Origin: Longimicrobiales bacterium | GTDB lineage: Bacteria > Gemmatimonadota > Gemmatimonadetes > Longimicrobiales > Gaopeijiaceae | NCBI GenBank assembly: GCA_965203485.1 | Contig: OZ241892.1 | Span: forward strand, 3,008,001 to 3,072,000 | Length of the DNA stretch: 64,000 nucleotides | Direction: 5' to 3' | Shown here: in pieces, positions 9,355 through 19,323 of the stretch | Position numbering within the stretch: the stretch's first letter is position 1 | How the letters are laid out: every line of letters begins with the position of its first letter | The notes under the pieces: generated by a model | What the model was told of the DNA's origin: nothing | Databases searched by the model: none | The model's input: the letters and a program-made list of their open reading frames with translations, nothing else | Position numbers and translations under genes: made by a program

Positions 9355-11098
9355 GAGCCTGTAGCGCATAGCTCGTTTCTTCTTGTGGCGGGATGTGGCG
9401 GGGGGGCAATATTGGGGGTGTGCGGGGGAGGCGAGCGATTCTTCAACGGGGGGGTCGAGTGAAGAAGCAGTACCAGGCGTGGAGGCTGGACCAGCTGTAC
9501 CTGATGCCGCCGTCGATGCGGGACTGGTTGCCGGAGGACCACTTGGTGTGGTTCGTATTGGACGTGGTGTCGGAGCTGGACATTTCGGGGATCGAGGCGG
9601 CGGTTCAGGCGAAGGACGCGCGGGGCCAGCGGCCGTACGATCCGAGGATGATGGTGGCGTTGCTGGTGTACGCGTACAGCTCGGGCGTGTACTCGTCGCG
9701 GCGCATGGCTCGGGCGTGCCGGGAGCATGTGGCGTTTCGTGTGCTGACGGGCAACGCGGAGCCGCACTTCACGACGATCAACGAGTTTCGCCGTGTGCAC
9801 CGCAAGCGCTTCGAGCGCTTGTTCGTGGAGGTGCTGAAGCTGTGCGGGGCGGCGGGGCTGGTGAAGCTGAAGCACGTGGCGGTGGACGGGACGAAGGTCG
9901 AGGCGAACGCGAGCAAGCACAAGGCGATGAGCTATGCGCGCATGGTGGCCGAAGAGAAGCGGTTGGCCGAGGAGGTGGCGCGGATGCTGGCGGAGGCGGA
10001 AGCGGCGGACCGGGCCGAGTCGCAGGGGGAGGGAAGCGCGGAGGGATTGCCGGAGGCGCTGAGCCGGCGCGAGGGCCGGCTGGCGCGGATCCGGGAAGCG
10101 AAGGCGCGATTGGAGGACGAGGCGCGGCGGGCGCGGGCGCGCAAGTTGCGGGCACAAGCGCAGGGCATGGAGCGGACGGCGGCGCGCTGTGGGAGTTCGG
10201 TCGTGGCGAAGGGATTGCGCACGAAGGCGGCGCGGCGGCGGGCGCGTGCGGACGCGCTGGACCCGCAAGGCGGCGCGTCCGCGAGCGAGCCGGGACAGTT
10301 GCCGCGCAAGGAGACGCCGGCGACGCCGGGCGGGCGACCGGTCGGCGGGGCGCAATGCAACTTCACGGACCCGGAGAGCCACATCATGATGGGGGCGCAC
10401 GGATTCGTGCAGGCGTACAACGCGCAACTGGCGGTCGACGACGCCGCGCAGGTCGTCGTGGCGCACGGCGTGACGAACCAGCCGGCCGACTGCCGCAATC
10501 TGGAGCCGGTGCTCGAGCGGGCCAGGGCGAACCTGGGCGAGGCGCCGGCGAACGCGACGGCCGACGCCGGATACTGGCGTCCGGGCGTCGAGGCGCAAGC
10601 GCGCGCCCTGGGGACGGAGGCCTGGGTCGCGACGGCGCGCAAGCCCCAAGGGACATCTCCGAAAACGGACGCCGCCGCGCGGCAGGACGCGTCGCCACGG
10701 GAGCGGATGCGGGCCCGGGTCGCCAGCGAGGACGGACGAGCGTTGTACGCGCGCCGCAAGGCCGTCGTCGAGCCGGTCAATGGCCAGATCAAGCAGGCGC
10801 GCGGCTTTCGGCGCTTCTCGTTCCGAAGACTCGAGGCGGTCGAGGCCGAGTGGGCGCTGGTCTGCGCCTGCCACAACCTGCTCAAGCTCTTCGCGAACCG
10901 TACGCCCCCCAGGCGTCGTGCGCCCAAACGCGACGCTCCGCACGCCCCGCGCGCCCTTTCCCGCCCAAAATCGGCCTCGCGTCGTCCGTTGCACGCCCGC
11001 CGACGCCCCATGCCGCCCATCGCCCGACCCGTCCGCCTAACGCCTGCCCGCCGCCCCGTCTGCTACGCCCCGGCCCCTTCCCTACGGCCTACAGACTC
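9355..11098 (+). mobile_element. IS1182-family insertion sequence
   Basis: Imperfect terminal IR GAGCCTGTAG...CTACAGACTC; CTAG on both flanks (9351-9354, 11099-11102). Confidence 0.9.
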
Positions 11099-11102
11099 CT
11101 AG
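9459..11102 (+). CDS. IS1182-family DDE transposase
   Basis: LMPPSMRDWLPEDHL N-terminus, YSSRRM, VDGTKVEANAS, TDPESHIM, ADAGY, VEPVNGQIK. Confidence 0.92.
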   Translation: MKKQYQAWRLDQLYLMPPSMRDWLPEDHLVWFVLDVVSELDISGIEAAVQAKDARGQRPYDPRMMVALLVYAYSSGVYSSRRMARACREHVAFRVLTGNAEPHFTTINEFRRVHRKRFERLFVEVLKLCGAAGLVKLKHVAVDGTKVEANASKHKAMSYARMVAEEKRLAEEVARMLAEAEAADRAESQGEGSAEGLPEALSRREGRLARIREAKARLEDEARRARARKLRAQAQGMERTAARCGSSVVAKGLRTKAARRRARADALDPQGGASASEPGQLPRKETPATPGGRPVGGAQCNFTDPESHIMMGAHGFVQAYNAQLAVDDAAQVVVAHGVTNQPADCRNLEPVLERARANLGEAPANATADAGYWRPGVEAQARALGTEAWVATARKPQGTSPKTDAAARQDASPRERMRARVASEDGRALYARRKAVVEPVNGQIKQARGFRRFSFRRLEAVEAEWALVCACHNLLKLFANRTPPRRRAPKRDAPHAPRALSRPKSASRRPLHARRRPMPPIARPVRLTPARRPVCYAPAPSLRPTDS

Positions 11103-11187
11103 CGCTCGCCGCGCGGCGAGCGAACCGCCGCCGCCGACCGCGGGGCGGTCTTGCCGAATTCGCGCTCCGGCGTTCAACTTCGCAGTC

Positions 11188-11991
11188 ATGGCGTTGCGAA
11201 TCGCGACTTGGAACGTCAACTCGGTCAAGGTGCGCAGGGACCGCGTCGTCGGCTGGATAAGACGTCACGAGCCCGACGCGCTCTGCTTGCAGGAACTCAA
11301 GACGACCGACGAGGCGTACCCGGCCGACGCCGTCCGCGAGACGGGCTGCGAGTCCGCCGTCTTTGGACAGAGAGCCTACAACGGCGTCGCGCTCGTCAGT
11401 CCTCATCCGATCTCGGCAGTGCGGCGCGGCCTCGCGCCCGACCCGGGGATCGCGAGCACGGCGCAAGACGCCGAGGCGCGCCTGATTCGGGGAACGATCC
11501 GAGGCGTCACCATCTTCTCGGCCTACTTTCCCAACGGCAGGTCCGTGGGCGAGCCGTCCTACGCTCGCAAGCTGGAATGGATGGACCGCCTCCTGGCGTT
11601 CCTCAAGTCCAACTTCGACCCCCGCGACCCCCTCGTGCTGGCCGGCGACTTCAACGTGGCCCCGCACGACTCGGACGCGAAGAACCCCGAGCGCTGGGCC
11701 GGGAGCGTCCTTTGCCACGGGAGCGCGCGCGAAGCCCTCGAACGCATCCGCGGGTGGGGCTTCGTGGATGTCGTCCGCAAGCACAATCCCGAGGGAGGCA
11801 TCTACAGCTGGTGGGACTATCGACGCCTTGCCTTCCCGAAGAACGACGGCCTGCGCATCGACCACGTCTTCGCCACGAAGCCCGTGGCCGATGCCTCGAC
11901 CGGCGCGTGGGTGGACCGCGACCAGCGCAAGGGCGGCAAAGCCGACAAGCCGTCCGACCACGCACCCGTCGTGGCCGACTTCGCCATCTAG
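11188..11991 (+). CDS. xth: Exodeoxyribonuclease III
   Basis: TWNVNS, LQELK, GDFNV, YSWWDYR, LRIDH, SDHAPV. Confidence 0.95.
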   Translation: MALRIATWNVNSVKVRRDRVVGWIRRHEPDALCLQELKTTDEAYPADAVRETGCESAVFGQRAYNGVALVSPHPISAVRRGLAPDPGIASTAQDAEARLIRGTIRGVTIFSAYFPNGRSVGEPSYARKLEWMDRLLAFLKSNFDPRDPLVLAGDFNVAPHDSDAKNPERWAGSVLCHGSAREALERIRGWGFVDVVRKHNPEGGIYSWWDYRRLAFPKNDGLRIDHVFATKPVADASTGAWVDRDQRKGGKADKPSDHAPVVADFAI

Positions 11992-12342
11992 GGCCGCCGC
12001 TACAAGGCAACGGGGATCGCCGCCCCGCCTTCAGCCCGTTGTGGCTGACGTTCGCGCCATCCGGAGGCGTTTGCCGCCCCAGCGCAAGTGGCCGGAAGCG
12101 CGCAGCCCCCTGCGCACGCTTCCAGCTCGTGTGGACACGCCGACGGGCCCAACCGGGGCGACCCGTCTCGCCATGTATGCGTCCCCGATGCCGCCGCATT
12201 GTTCGTCGTGTCGAGCAACGAGGTTCGGCACGCCGTTTTCGAACCCGGCGCTGCGCGGCGAACGGCCGCGGTCCGGGCGAGGCGGGGACGGCGGGAGACC
12301 ATTACCTTGGCGGGAGCGGCCCCGCTGGAACGGAGAGCGCCG

Positions 12343-12831
12343 ATGGACTTCGAGAATTGGCTTGGCACCTTCACGACCGTCGCGATCATGTGCGGGGCGA
12401 TGCTGACCCTGGGCCGTTGGCTCCGAACGCAGACGGCGGACCAGATAAGCGCCTTCAAGGCGTCCGTGGACCGGCAGTTCGCCGGCGTGGACCAGCGGTT
12501 CGCCGGCGTGGACCAGCGGTTCGCGGTCGTCGACCAGCGGTTCGCCGACATGGACCGAAGATTCGAGGACATGGACCGGCGGTTTGCCGACATGGACCGA
12601 AGGTTCGAAGACGTGAACCAGCGGTTCGCCGACATGAGCCGGGAGAACAAGGCGGATCACGGGGCCATCCGGCGGAGCATCCAGGAGTCGACCCGGCAGG
12701 TCCTGGGACTCATGGACCGGCGGTTCGAGGACGCGGGCAAGCGCATGGACGAAATGAGCAAGCGCATCGACGACCTGCGGTCGCACGTCGACTCCGGTGG
12801 TCGCGCCGTCCTGGGGCGAGAGCATGCGTGA
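12343..12831 (+). CDS. Membrane-anchored heptad-repeat coiled-coil protein
   Basis: N-terminal hydrophobic helix, then (V/M)D(Q/R)RF(A/E)(G/D) heptads; GGAGAG RBS. Confidence 0.75.
   Translation: MDFENWLGTFTTVAIMCGAMLTLGRWLRTQTADQISAFKASVDRQFAGVDQRFAGVDQRFAVVDQRFADMDRRFEDMDRRFADMDRRFEDVNQRFADMSRENKADHGAIRRSIQESTRQVLGLMDRRFEDAGKRMDEMSKRIDDLRSHVDSGGRAVLGREHA
12466..12633 (+). repeat. Coding tandem repeat, 8 x 21 bp
   Basis: gtggaccagcggttcgccggc-like units, contiguous, no spacers. Confidence 0.9.
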
Positions 12832-13082
12832 CGCCGGCGCAACCGCATCCCGGCGACGGAGCCGCGCACGGCCGTCGACCAAACCGCGCCGTCCCGAAGA
12901 CTCTTGGCCGCCGTGAGCGTACGTTCGTTGGCGAGCGTACATTTCCCGGAAGAGATGTTGCGATTCGACTCCGGTTCCGTAGGCCGGGTCCTCCGCCGGG
13001 TAGCCGGGTTCGGTGTCGAGAATCGCCGACCGGGCGGGAGGGAGGCCCGGAGCAAGCCGGAACCGTGCAAGGAGGACGACAG

Positions 13083-13619
13083 ATGACGATCGGGCCCAAG
13101 GAAGATCTCGCGGCGAAGGCGCGCAACGACCGTCGCACCGTGTTGGCGGGACTGGCGATCTCGTTGGCGTTGCACGGCGTCCTCCTTGGGCGCAAGACGG
13201 CGCCGGCTCCGTTGCCGGCAACCGCATCCGAGGAGGAGCCGGCCGAGCCGCCGCGCTTCTCGACGCCGGTGCTGGAAGTCGTTCGGCTGGAGATCGAAAA
13301 GCCCGTCAAGCCCGTTCAGCAGGAGGCGACGGCCGTCGCGCCCGCCGTCGAGCCCGCTCTCGCCGAGCCGTCGCCCGAGGCCGCAGGCGCCGCCCGCCCG
13401 CGTCGGGTGGCCCTTTCGATGCGCCCCAACTTCGCCGCCCTCCACCCGGCGACCGCCTTCGCACTCGACCCCGTTCCGATCCCGCAACGCGAGGCGGCGG
13501 AGCCTTCCGACGACGACGACACGGGCCGGAGCTTCTGGCAGCGACTGGGCATCTCGACGGGGCGCGGGGGCGGAGCGTGTCCGATCCCGCGCAAACCGAG
13601 TTCGCCCCCGAGGGGATAG
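13083..13619 (+). CDS. Hypothetical membrane-anchored Pro/Glu-rich protein (TonB-like N-terminus, no recognisable TonB C-domain)
   Basis: AGGAGG RBS; TM helix with SLALH motif; Pro/Ala/Glu-rich linker. Confidence 0.55.
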   Translation: MTIGPKEDLAAKARNDRRTVLAGLAISLALHGVLLGRKTAPAPLPATASEEEPAEPPRFSTPVLEVVRLEIEKPVKPVQQEATAVAPAVEPALAEPSPEAAGAARPRRVALSMRPNFAALHPATAFALDPVPIPQREAAEPSDDDDTGRSFWQRLGISTGRGGGACPIPRKPSSPPRG

Positions 13620-13728
13620 GCGCGCCCGGCAGGACGGCGGCCACGGCTTGCCGCCCCGGCGCGGCCCCGCAGGCTCCGGCCGCGACGAGCGGGCCGGCGG
13701 TTTCGGCATCGGGTATATTCCCGCCGTC

Positions 13729-14925
13729 ATGATCATTCGCCCCAAGGTGCGCGGCTTCGTCTGCGTCACGGCGCATCCGGCCGGGTGCGCGGCCAACGTT
13801 CGCGAGCAAATCGACTACGCGCGCGAGCATCCGTTGTCCGCGCCCCCCAAGTCGGTCCTGGTAGTGGGAGCGTCCGCCAGCTACGGGCTCGCGTCCCGAA
13901 TCGCGCTGGCGTTCGGCGGCGGCGCGGCCACATTCGGCGTCTTCCTCGACCGGGAGCCCACGAGCCGCCGCCCCGGGACGGCGGGGTGGTACAACACGGC
14001 GGCGTTCGAGGACGAGGCTCGCCGCGCCGGGCTCCAGTCGGCCTGTCTCGCCGGCGACGCCTTCGCCCGCGAAACGAAGGAACGGACCGCGGCCGCGCTG
14101 GCCCGCGACTTTCCGCCGGTGGATTGCGTCGTGCACTCGCTGGCCGCGCCCCGCCGGACGCACCCCGACACCGGCCAAGTGCACACGTCCGTCCTGAAGC
14201 CGATCGGGGCCGCCCACAGGTCGAAGACGCTGAACACCGACACCGGCGAAGTGGTCGACGTGGAGTTGCCGGCGGCTACGCCCGAGGAGGTGGACGCCAC
14301 GGTCGCGGTCATGGGCGGCGAGGACTGGGCCATGTGGATCGAGGCCCTGGACGAGGCGCGCGTGCTGGCCGCCGGATGCCGCACCTTCGCGTACAGCTAC
14401 GTGGGCCCCGAGCTCACGTGGCCGATCTACCGAGACGGCGCCATCGGACGAGCCAAGGCCGACCTGCACGAAACCGCCAAGCGCTTGGACGCCCGGTTGC
14501 GCAGGGAGGGCGGCGGCGCCCACGTGGCGGTCATGAAGGCCATCGTCACGCAGGCGAGCGCCGCCATCCCCGTCGTGCCCCTGTACATGGCCGTGCTCTA
14601 CAAGATCATGAAGCGCGCGGGAGACCACGAGGGCGCGGTCGAGCAGGCCGTGCGCCTCTACGGCTCGAAGGCGTACGGGGGCACGGGCGTGGAGGCGGAC
14701 CGCGACGGCCTCGTCCGGCTCGACGACCGCGAGATGAAGCCGGAGACGCAAGCCGCGGTCCTCTCCGCTTGGCGCGCGATCTCGACCGAGACTCTCGCCG
14801 ACGCGGCGGACGCGGCAGGCTATCGCGAGGACTTCCTGCGCCTCTTCGGATTCCGGACGCCGGGCGTCGACTACGCCGCCGACATCGATCCCGTGGTCCC
14901 CATCCACGGCCTGCAGACGAGCTGA
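13729..14925 (+). CDS. fabV: Enoyl-ACP reductase FabV / trans-2-enoyl-CoA reductase
   Basis: MIIRPKVRGFVCVTAHPAGC, GASASYGLASRI, SLAAPRR, VMGGEDW, TQASAAIP. Confidence 0.93.
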   Translation: MIIRPKVRGFVCVTAHPAGCAANVREQIDYAREHPLSAPPKSVLVVGASASYGLASRIALAFGGGAATFGVFLDREPTSRRPGTAGWYNTAAFEDEARRAGLQSACLAGDAFARETKERTAAALARDFPPVDCVVHSLAAPRRTHPDTGQVHTSVLKPIGAAHRSKTLNTDTGEVVDVELPAATPEEVDATVAVMGGEDWAMWIEALDEARVLAAGCRTFAYSYVGPELTWPIYRDGAIGRAKADLHETAKRLDARLRREGGGAHVAVMKAIVTQASAAIPVVPLYMAVLYKIMKRAGDHEGAVEQAVRLYGSKAYGGTGVEADRDGLVRLDDREMKPETQAAVLSAWRAISTETLADAADAAGYREDFLRLFGFRTPGVDYAADIDPVVPIHGLQTS

Positions 14926-14931
14926 ACGCCG

Positions 14932-15582
14932 TTGGCGAAGGCGGCGATCCCGTCGGAGCAGGCCCTGCGGGCGCTCGTCCGGGCCGATCCGGCCCTGGGC
15001 GCGGCCATGAAGCGGCTGGACCCGTATCCCGGCTTTCCCAGAGGATACTTGGCTCGGGGATCGCACTTCCATGCCGTCGCCCGCTCGATCGTGTACCAGC
15101 AGCTCGCCGGCGCGGCGGCCGCGACCATCTACAAGAGGGTCTGCGCGCTCACGCCCGGCCCACGGTTTCCGAGCGCCGCGGAGTGCATGAGCATCCCCGG
15201 CCAAGCCTACCGCGGCGCTGGCCTGTCGGCGGCGAAGACGCGCGCGATCACCGACCTGGCCACGCAGTGCAGCTCGGGGACCGTCCGCCTCCGCGGCGTG
15301 GGCGGGATGAGCGACCGCGAGATCGTGGCGATGCTCACGAGGGTTTGGGGCGTCGGCGAGTGGACGGCGCAGATGTTCCTGATCTTTCGCCTCGGCCGCT
15401 TGGACGTGATGCCGGCGGGCGACCTGGGCGTGCGCGAAGGCGCGCGCATCCTGGACGGCCTCGCCGAGCGTCCGGAGCCCGGCGAGCTTCTGGCCCGGGC
15501 CGAACGCTGGCGACCGTTGCGCTCGGTGGCGACGTGGTTCCTGTACCGGCTGGCCGACGAGGCCAAGCAGGGCCGGGCGTGA
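14932..15582 (+). CDS. DNA-3-methyladenine glycosylase II-like (HhH-GPD)
   Basis: SIVYQQL, GVGEWTAQM, DLGVR, WRPLRS. Confidence 0.88.
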   Translation: MAKAAIPSEQALRALVRADPALGAAMKRLDPYPGFPRGYLARGSHFHAVARSIVYQQLAGAAAATIYKRVCALTPGPRFPSAAECMSIPGQAYRGAGLSAAKTRAITDLATQCSSGTVRLRGVGGMSDREIVAMLTRVWGVGEWTAQMFLIFRLGRLDVMPAGDLGVREGARILDGLAERPEPGELLARAERWRPLRSVATWFLYRLADEAKQGRA

Positions 15583-15607
15583 GGGGCCGGCGAGCAGCTC
15601 CGCGCAC

Positions 15608-16135
15608 GTGACCGCGTTGGCGCGCTCGCGGCTCGAGACGCCGCTGGGCCCCATGGAGGCGTGCGCGTCCGGCGAGGGCGTGTGCCTGCTCGAGTTCGCG
15701 GACCGGCGGATGCTCCCCGCGCAGTGGCGCCGGATCGAGGCGCGGTTCGGCCCGGTCCCGGACGACGCGTCCGCGCATCCGCACTTGGACGCGCTGGCGC
15801 GGCAACTGCGCGAGTACTTCGCCGGCAAGCGGCGCGACTTCGCCGTCCCCTTGGCGCTGGCGGGCACGCCCTTCCAGGAGCGCGTCTGGCGCCGGTTGCT
15901 CGACGTCCCGTACGGCGAGACGATCAGCTACGACGAGCTCGCGCGCCGGACGGGCTGCGAGGGAGGCCAGCGCGCGGTGGGCCGCGCGAACGGCGACAAC
16001 CGGCTGGCGGTCGTGGTTCCATGCCACCGGGTCGTGCGGGCGGACGGCGGACTCGGCGGCTACGGCGGCGGGCTGGAGCGCAAGCGGCGCCTCCTGGAGC
16101 TGGAGAGCGGCGCGGCCCAGGGCAGGCTGTGGTGA
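15608..16135 (+). CDS. ogt: Methylated-DNA-protein-cysteine methyltransferase
   Basis: GTPFQERVW, RAVG, PCHRVV active site. Confidence 0.93.
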   Translation: MTALARSRLETPLGPMEACASGEGVCLLEFADRRMLPAQWRRIEARFGPVPDDASAHPHLDALARQLREYFAGKRRDFAVPLALAGTPFQERVWRRLLDVPYGETISYDELARRTGCEGGQRAVGRANGDNRLAVVVPCHRVVRADGGLGGYGGGLERKRRLLELESGAAQGRLW

Positions 16136-17295
16136 GCGGCGCCGACGACGACGCGCGCGCCGTCCCCCTCCTCGACCTGAAGGCCCAGCACGCGACCATC
16201 GAGGCGGACGTGCGCGCCGCCATCGACGCCGTCGTGCGGTCGCAGCGCTTCGTCTTGGGCGAGGTGGTCGAGGAATGCGAGCAAGCGCTGGCCCGGTACT
16301 GCGGCTGCGCCCACGCAGTCGGCGTGTCGTCGGGCACCGACGCGCTGCTGGCCGCGCTCATGGCCGAGGGAGTCGGCCCCGGCGACGAAGTGGTCACGAC
16401 TCCCTATTCGTTCTTCGCCACGGCCGGCGTCGTGGCCCGCCTGGGCGCGACCCCGGTCTTCGCCGACGTCGATCCCGTCACGCTCAACATCGATCCCGCC
16501 GAGGCCGAGCGCCGCGTCACCAAGCGCACCAAGGCGCTCGTGCCCGTCCATCTCTTCGGACGCATGGCCGACATGGACCCGATCATGGAGATCGCCGGCC
16601 GGCACGGCCTCGTCGTCGTGGAGGACGCGGCGCAGGCCATCGGAGCCGAGTACCGCGGCCGCCGGGCGGGCTCCATCGGCCACTACGGTTGCTTCTCCTT
16701 CTTCCCGTCCAAGAACCTGGGCGCCTTCGGCGACGGCGGGCTGGTGGCCACCAACGACTCCGCGCGGGCCGAGAGAGTGGCCGCGCTCCGCGTGCACGGC
16801 CAGACGCGCCAATACTTCCACGACGTGGTCGGCGGCAACTTTCGCCTGGACGCGCTGCAGGCCGCCGTGGTCCGCGCCAAGCTGCCGCGGCTGGACGGAT
16901 GGACGAGCGCGCGGCGCGCCAACGCGCGCCTGTATTCGGAGCTGCTCGCGCCGCGGACGCCGGGCGGCGACCGGCCGGTCGAGCTCCCGTGCATGGACGA
17001 GCCGCCGGGCGGGAGACAGGTGTTCAACCAGTACGTCGTGCGCGTGCGGAACCGGGACATGGTGCGGGGCGCGCTCGCGCGAGCGCGGATCGGCACTGCG
17101 GTCTATTATCCGCTCCCGCTCCACCTGCAACCCTGCTTCGGCCGCTTGGGCGGCAAGCGCGGCGACTGCCCCGTCAGCGAACAGGCGGCGGAACGCGCGC
17201 TGGCCTTGCCGGTCCATCCCGAGCTGGCCGAAGCGGCGATCCGGAGGGTGGCCGGGGCAGTCCAAGAGGCAGTGGCCGAGGTCGCCGCCGCCTGA
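16132..17295 (+). CDS. DegT/DnrJ/EryC1/StrS family aminotransferase
   Basis: SSGTDAL, EDAAQA, SFFPSKNLG; GTGA overlap with ogt. Confidence 0.92.
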   Translation: MSGADDDARAVPLLDLKAQHATIEADVRAAIDAVVRSQRFVLGEVVEECEQALARYCGCAHAVGVSSGTDALLAALMAEGVGPGDEVVTTPYSFFATAGVVARLGATPVFADVDPVTLNIDPAEAERRVTKRTKALVPVHLFGRMADMDPIMEIAGRHGLVVVEDAAQAIGAEYRGRRAGSIGHYGCFSFFPSKNLGAFGDGGLVATNDSARAERVAALRVHGQTRQYFHDVVGGNFRLDALQAAVVRAKLPRLDGWTSARRANARLYSELLAPRTPGGDRPVELPCMDEPPGGRQVFNQYVVRVRNRDMVRGALARARIGTAVYYPLPLHLQPCFGRLGGKRGDCPVSEQAAERALALPVHPELAEAAIRRVAGAVQEAVAEVAAA

Positions 17296-17313
17296 TTCCC
17301 GCTGGGAGGAGAC

Positions 17314-17667
17314 ATGGGGAAGCAACTGATCGTGGTGGGCGACCGGGTGCTCGTCGAACCCGAAGAGGGCGAGGACCGCACGAAGGTCGGCCTCTACCTG
17401 CCCCCTTCGGCGGTGGACAGGCAGTCCGTGCAGGGGGGGCGCGTGCTGGGGACGGGGCCCGGCACGCCGATCGGCGCGCCCGCCGACCTCGACGAAGAGC
17501 CTTGGAAGATCGCGTCCGGCGAGCCCAAGTACCTTCCGGTCGAGGCCCGAGCGGGCGACTTCGCCATCTTCTTCCGCAAGGCCGCCGTGGAAATCAGCTT
17601 CGAGAGCAAGCGCTACCTCGTCGTGCCCCAAGCCGCGATCCTCGCGTTGGTCCGCGAACAGCCGTAG
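17314..17667 (+). CDS. Stand-alone GroES-family co-chaperonin
   Basis: GDRVLV, GLYLP, GTGPG; GGGAGGA RBS; no adjacent groEL. Confidence 0.85.
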   Translation: MGKQLIVVGDRVLVEPEEGEDRTKVGLYLPPSAVDRQSVQGGRVLGTGPGTPIGAPADLDEEPWKIASGEPKYLPVEARAGDFAIFFRKAAVEISFESKRYLVVPQAAILALVREQP

Positions 17668-17670
17668 CGG

Positions 17671-19158
17671 ATGGAGCCGAAGCAGAGCGAACCGACCCGA
17701 AACAGATCGCCTTTCTCGCCGTTCCTGGCCAAGCGGGCCGCCGTCGTGCTGGACGGCGGTCTGGCCACGGAGCTGGAGCGCGCCGGGCACGACTTGGACG
17801 ACCCGCTGTGGTCGGCCCGGGCGTTGCTGAACGATCCGGACGCCGTCCGCGCGGTGCACCGGGCCTACCTCGCCGCCGGCGCGGACTGCATCCTCACCGC
17901 CACCTACCAGGCGACAATTCCCGGCTTGGCGGCTCGCGGAATGCGGACGGCCGACGCCGAGCAGGTCCTGCTCCGGGCCGTGCGGCTGGCGGTGCAAGCT
18001 CGCGACGAGTTCTGGGCCTCCGGAGCGAACCGGCAGGGCAGGCTTCGGCCGCTCGTCGCGGCAAGCGTGGGACCCTACGGCGCCTTCCTGGCCGACGGCT
18101 CCGAGTACCGGGGACGCTACGGCGTGGGCCGCGACGCCCTGGTCCGCTTCCACCGCCGCCGCTGGGAGGTCCTGGCCTCCAGCGAGGCCGATCTGATCGC
18201 CTGCGAGACGATCCCGAGCATGGCAGAGGTCGAAGCGCTCGCCGAACTCGCGAGAGAAGCCGGGGGCTTGCCCGCATGGCTGTCGTTCAGCTGCCGCGAC
18301 GAGACCTCGCTCTGCGACGGAACGCCCGTCGCGGAAGCGGCCGCCGTGGCGCATGCGGCCGACGGCGTCTTCGCGGTCGGCGTCAACTGCGTGGCGCCGG
18401 AGCACGTCCCGGCGCTCGTCGCCGCGCTGGCCGCCCGCACGGACAAGCCCGTCGTGGCCTATCCCAACGCCGGCGGAGCCTACGACGCGCAAACCAAGCG
18501 CTGGACGGGCCGATCCCCGAGGGCGGCGGGCGCGTCGCATCCGGCGCGCGGATGGGTGGATGCGGGCGCGTCGGCCGTCGGCGGGTGCTGCCGAACCGGG
18601 CCGGAAGAGATCGTTCGCATCCGCGCGGCGGTCGGGGCCTGCCCGATGCCGCCAGCGCCCGCGGCGCCGGTCCCGTTAGCGGACGACGACCGTGATCGTG
18701 TCGCTCACGGGCGGATCGAGCGGCACGTGCACGCCGTCCGCCACGACGGCGATGATTCGGTGCTCGCCCGGCGGCAAGTCCTCGAGCGTGAACTCGGTTT
18801 GGCCGAGACCCATGTGGTAATGGACGCCCAGGTCGTTCGGGATCGGCGCCGACCAGTCCACGTCGGCGTTCACGATCAGGTGGTGGTGGCCGGTGCCGGA
18901 CTCCATCGTCCCGGCGGGAGCGACCACAAGTCCTTCCACTTCCATCGTCACCCGCACCGTGCCTTCGTCGAAGGCCGCGCCGTCCGCCGGCTCGGCGATG
19001 AAGACGCGCGCCTCGGGGCTCGCTTCGGCCGCGTCTCCGCCGCCCTGGTCTTCGGCCGCATCGGGCCGCCCGTCGCCGCAGACCGCGAGCGCCAAGACCG
19101 CGGCCGCGGCAACCGTCGTTCGAATCATGCGAGTCGTGCTCCCGTAATTGATCATTGA
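17671..19158 (+). CDS. mmuM: Homocysteine S-methyltransferase; domain ends ~18640 and the ORF reads through antisense to the next gene
   Basis: LDGGLATELE, SVGPYGA, CETIP, GVNC, YPNAG, GGCC. Confidence 0.88.
   Translation: MEPKQSEPTRNRSPFSPFLAKRAAVVLDGGLATELERAGHDLDDPLWSARALLNDPDAVRAVHRAYLAAGADCILTATYQATIPGLAARGMRTADAEQVLLRAVRLAVQARDEFWASGANRQGRLRPLVAASVGPYGAFLADGSEYRGRYGVGRDALVRFHRRRWEVLASSEADLIACETIPSMAEVEALAELAREAGGLPAWLSFSCRDETSLCDGTPVAEAAAVAHAADGVFAVGVNCVAPEHVPALVAALAARTDKPVVAYPNAGGAYDAQTKRWTGRSPRAAGASHPARGWVDAGASAVGGCCRTGPEEIVRIRAAVGACPMPPAPAAPVPLADDDRDRVAHGRIERHVHAVRHDGDDSVLARRQVLERELGLAETHVVMDAQVVRDRRRPVHVGVHDQVVVAGAGLHRPGGSDHKSFHFHRHPHRAFVEGRAVRRLGDEDARLGARFGRVSAALVFGRIGPPVAADRERQDRGRGNRRSNHASRAPVIDH
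18676..19128 (-). CDS. DUF4399-like exported protein
   Basis: Signal peptide; GTGHHHLIVN...HMGLGQTE...LPPGEH...DGVH. Confidence 0.8.
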   Translation of the reverse strand: MIRTTVAAAAVLALAVCGDGRPDAAEDQGGGDAAEASPEARVFIAEPADGAAFDEGTVRVTMEVEGLVVAPAGTMESGTGHHHLIVNADVDWSAPIPNDLGVHYHMGLGQTEFTLEDLPPGEHRIIAVVADGVHVPLDPPVSDTITVVVR

Positions 19159-19323
19159 GGACGGAGAGGCGCCCGTCGCCCCGAACCCGCAACTTGCGGC
19201 GCGGCGCGGCGCCTGTCCAGTGGAGGCGCCCGCCGAGCCCGCCCGAGCGACTGGAAACTTGCCCGCGCCGTCCCGTAGATTACACTTCGCGAAGCATTCG
19301 GAGAAGCAGCGATCGGAAGCCAG

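Noticed and set aside
12466..12633. Possible CRISPR array
   Set aside because: Contiguous in-frame coding heptads without spacers; no cas genes.
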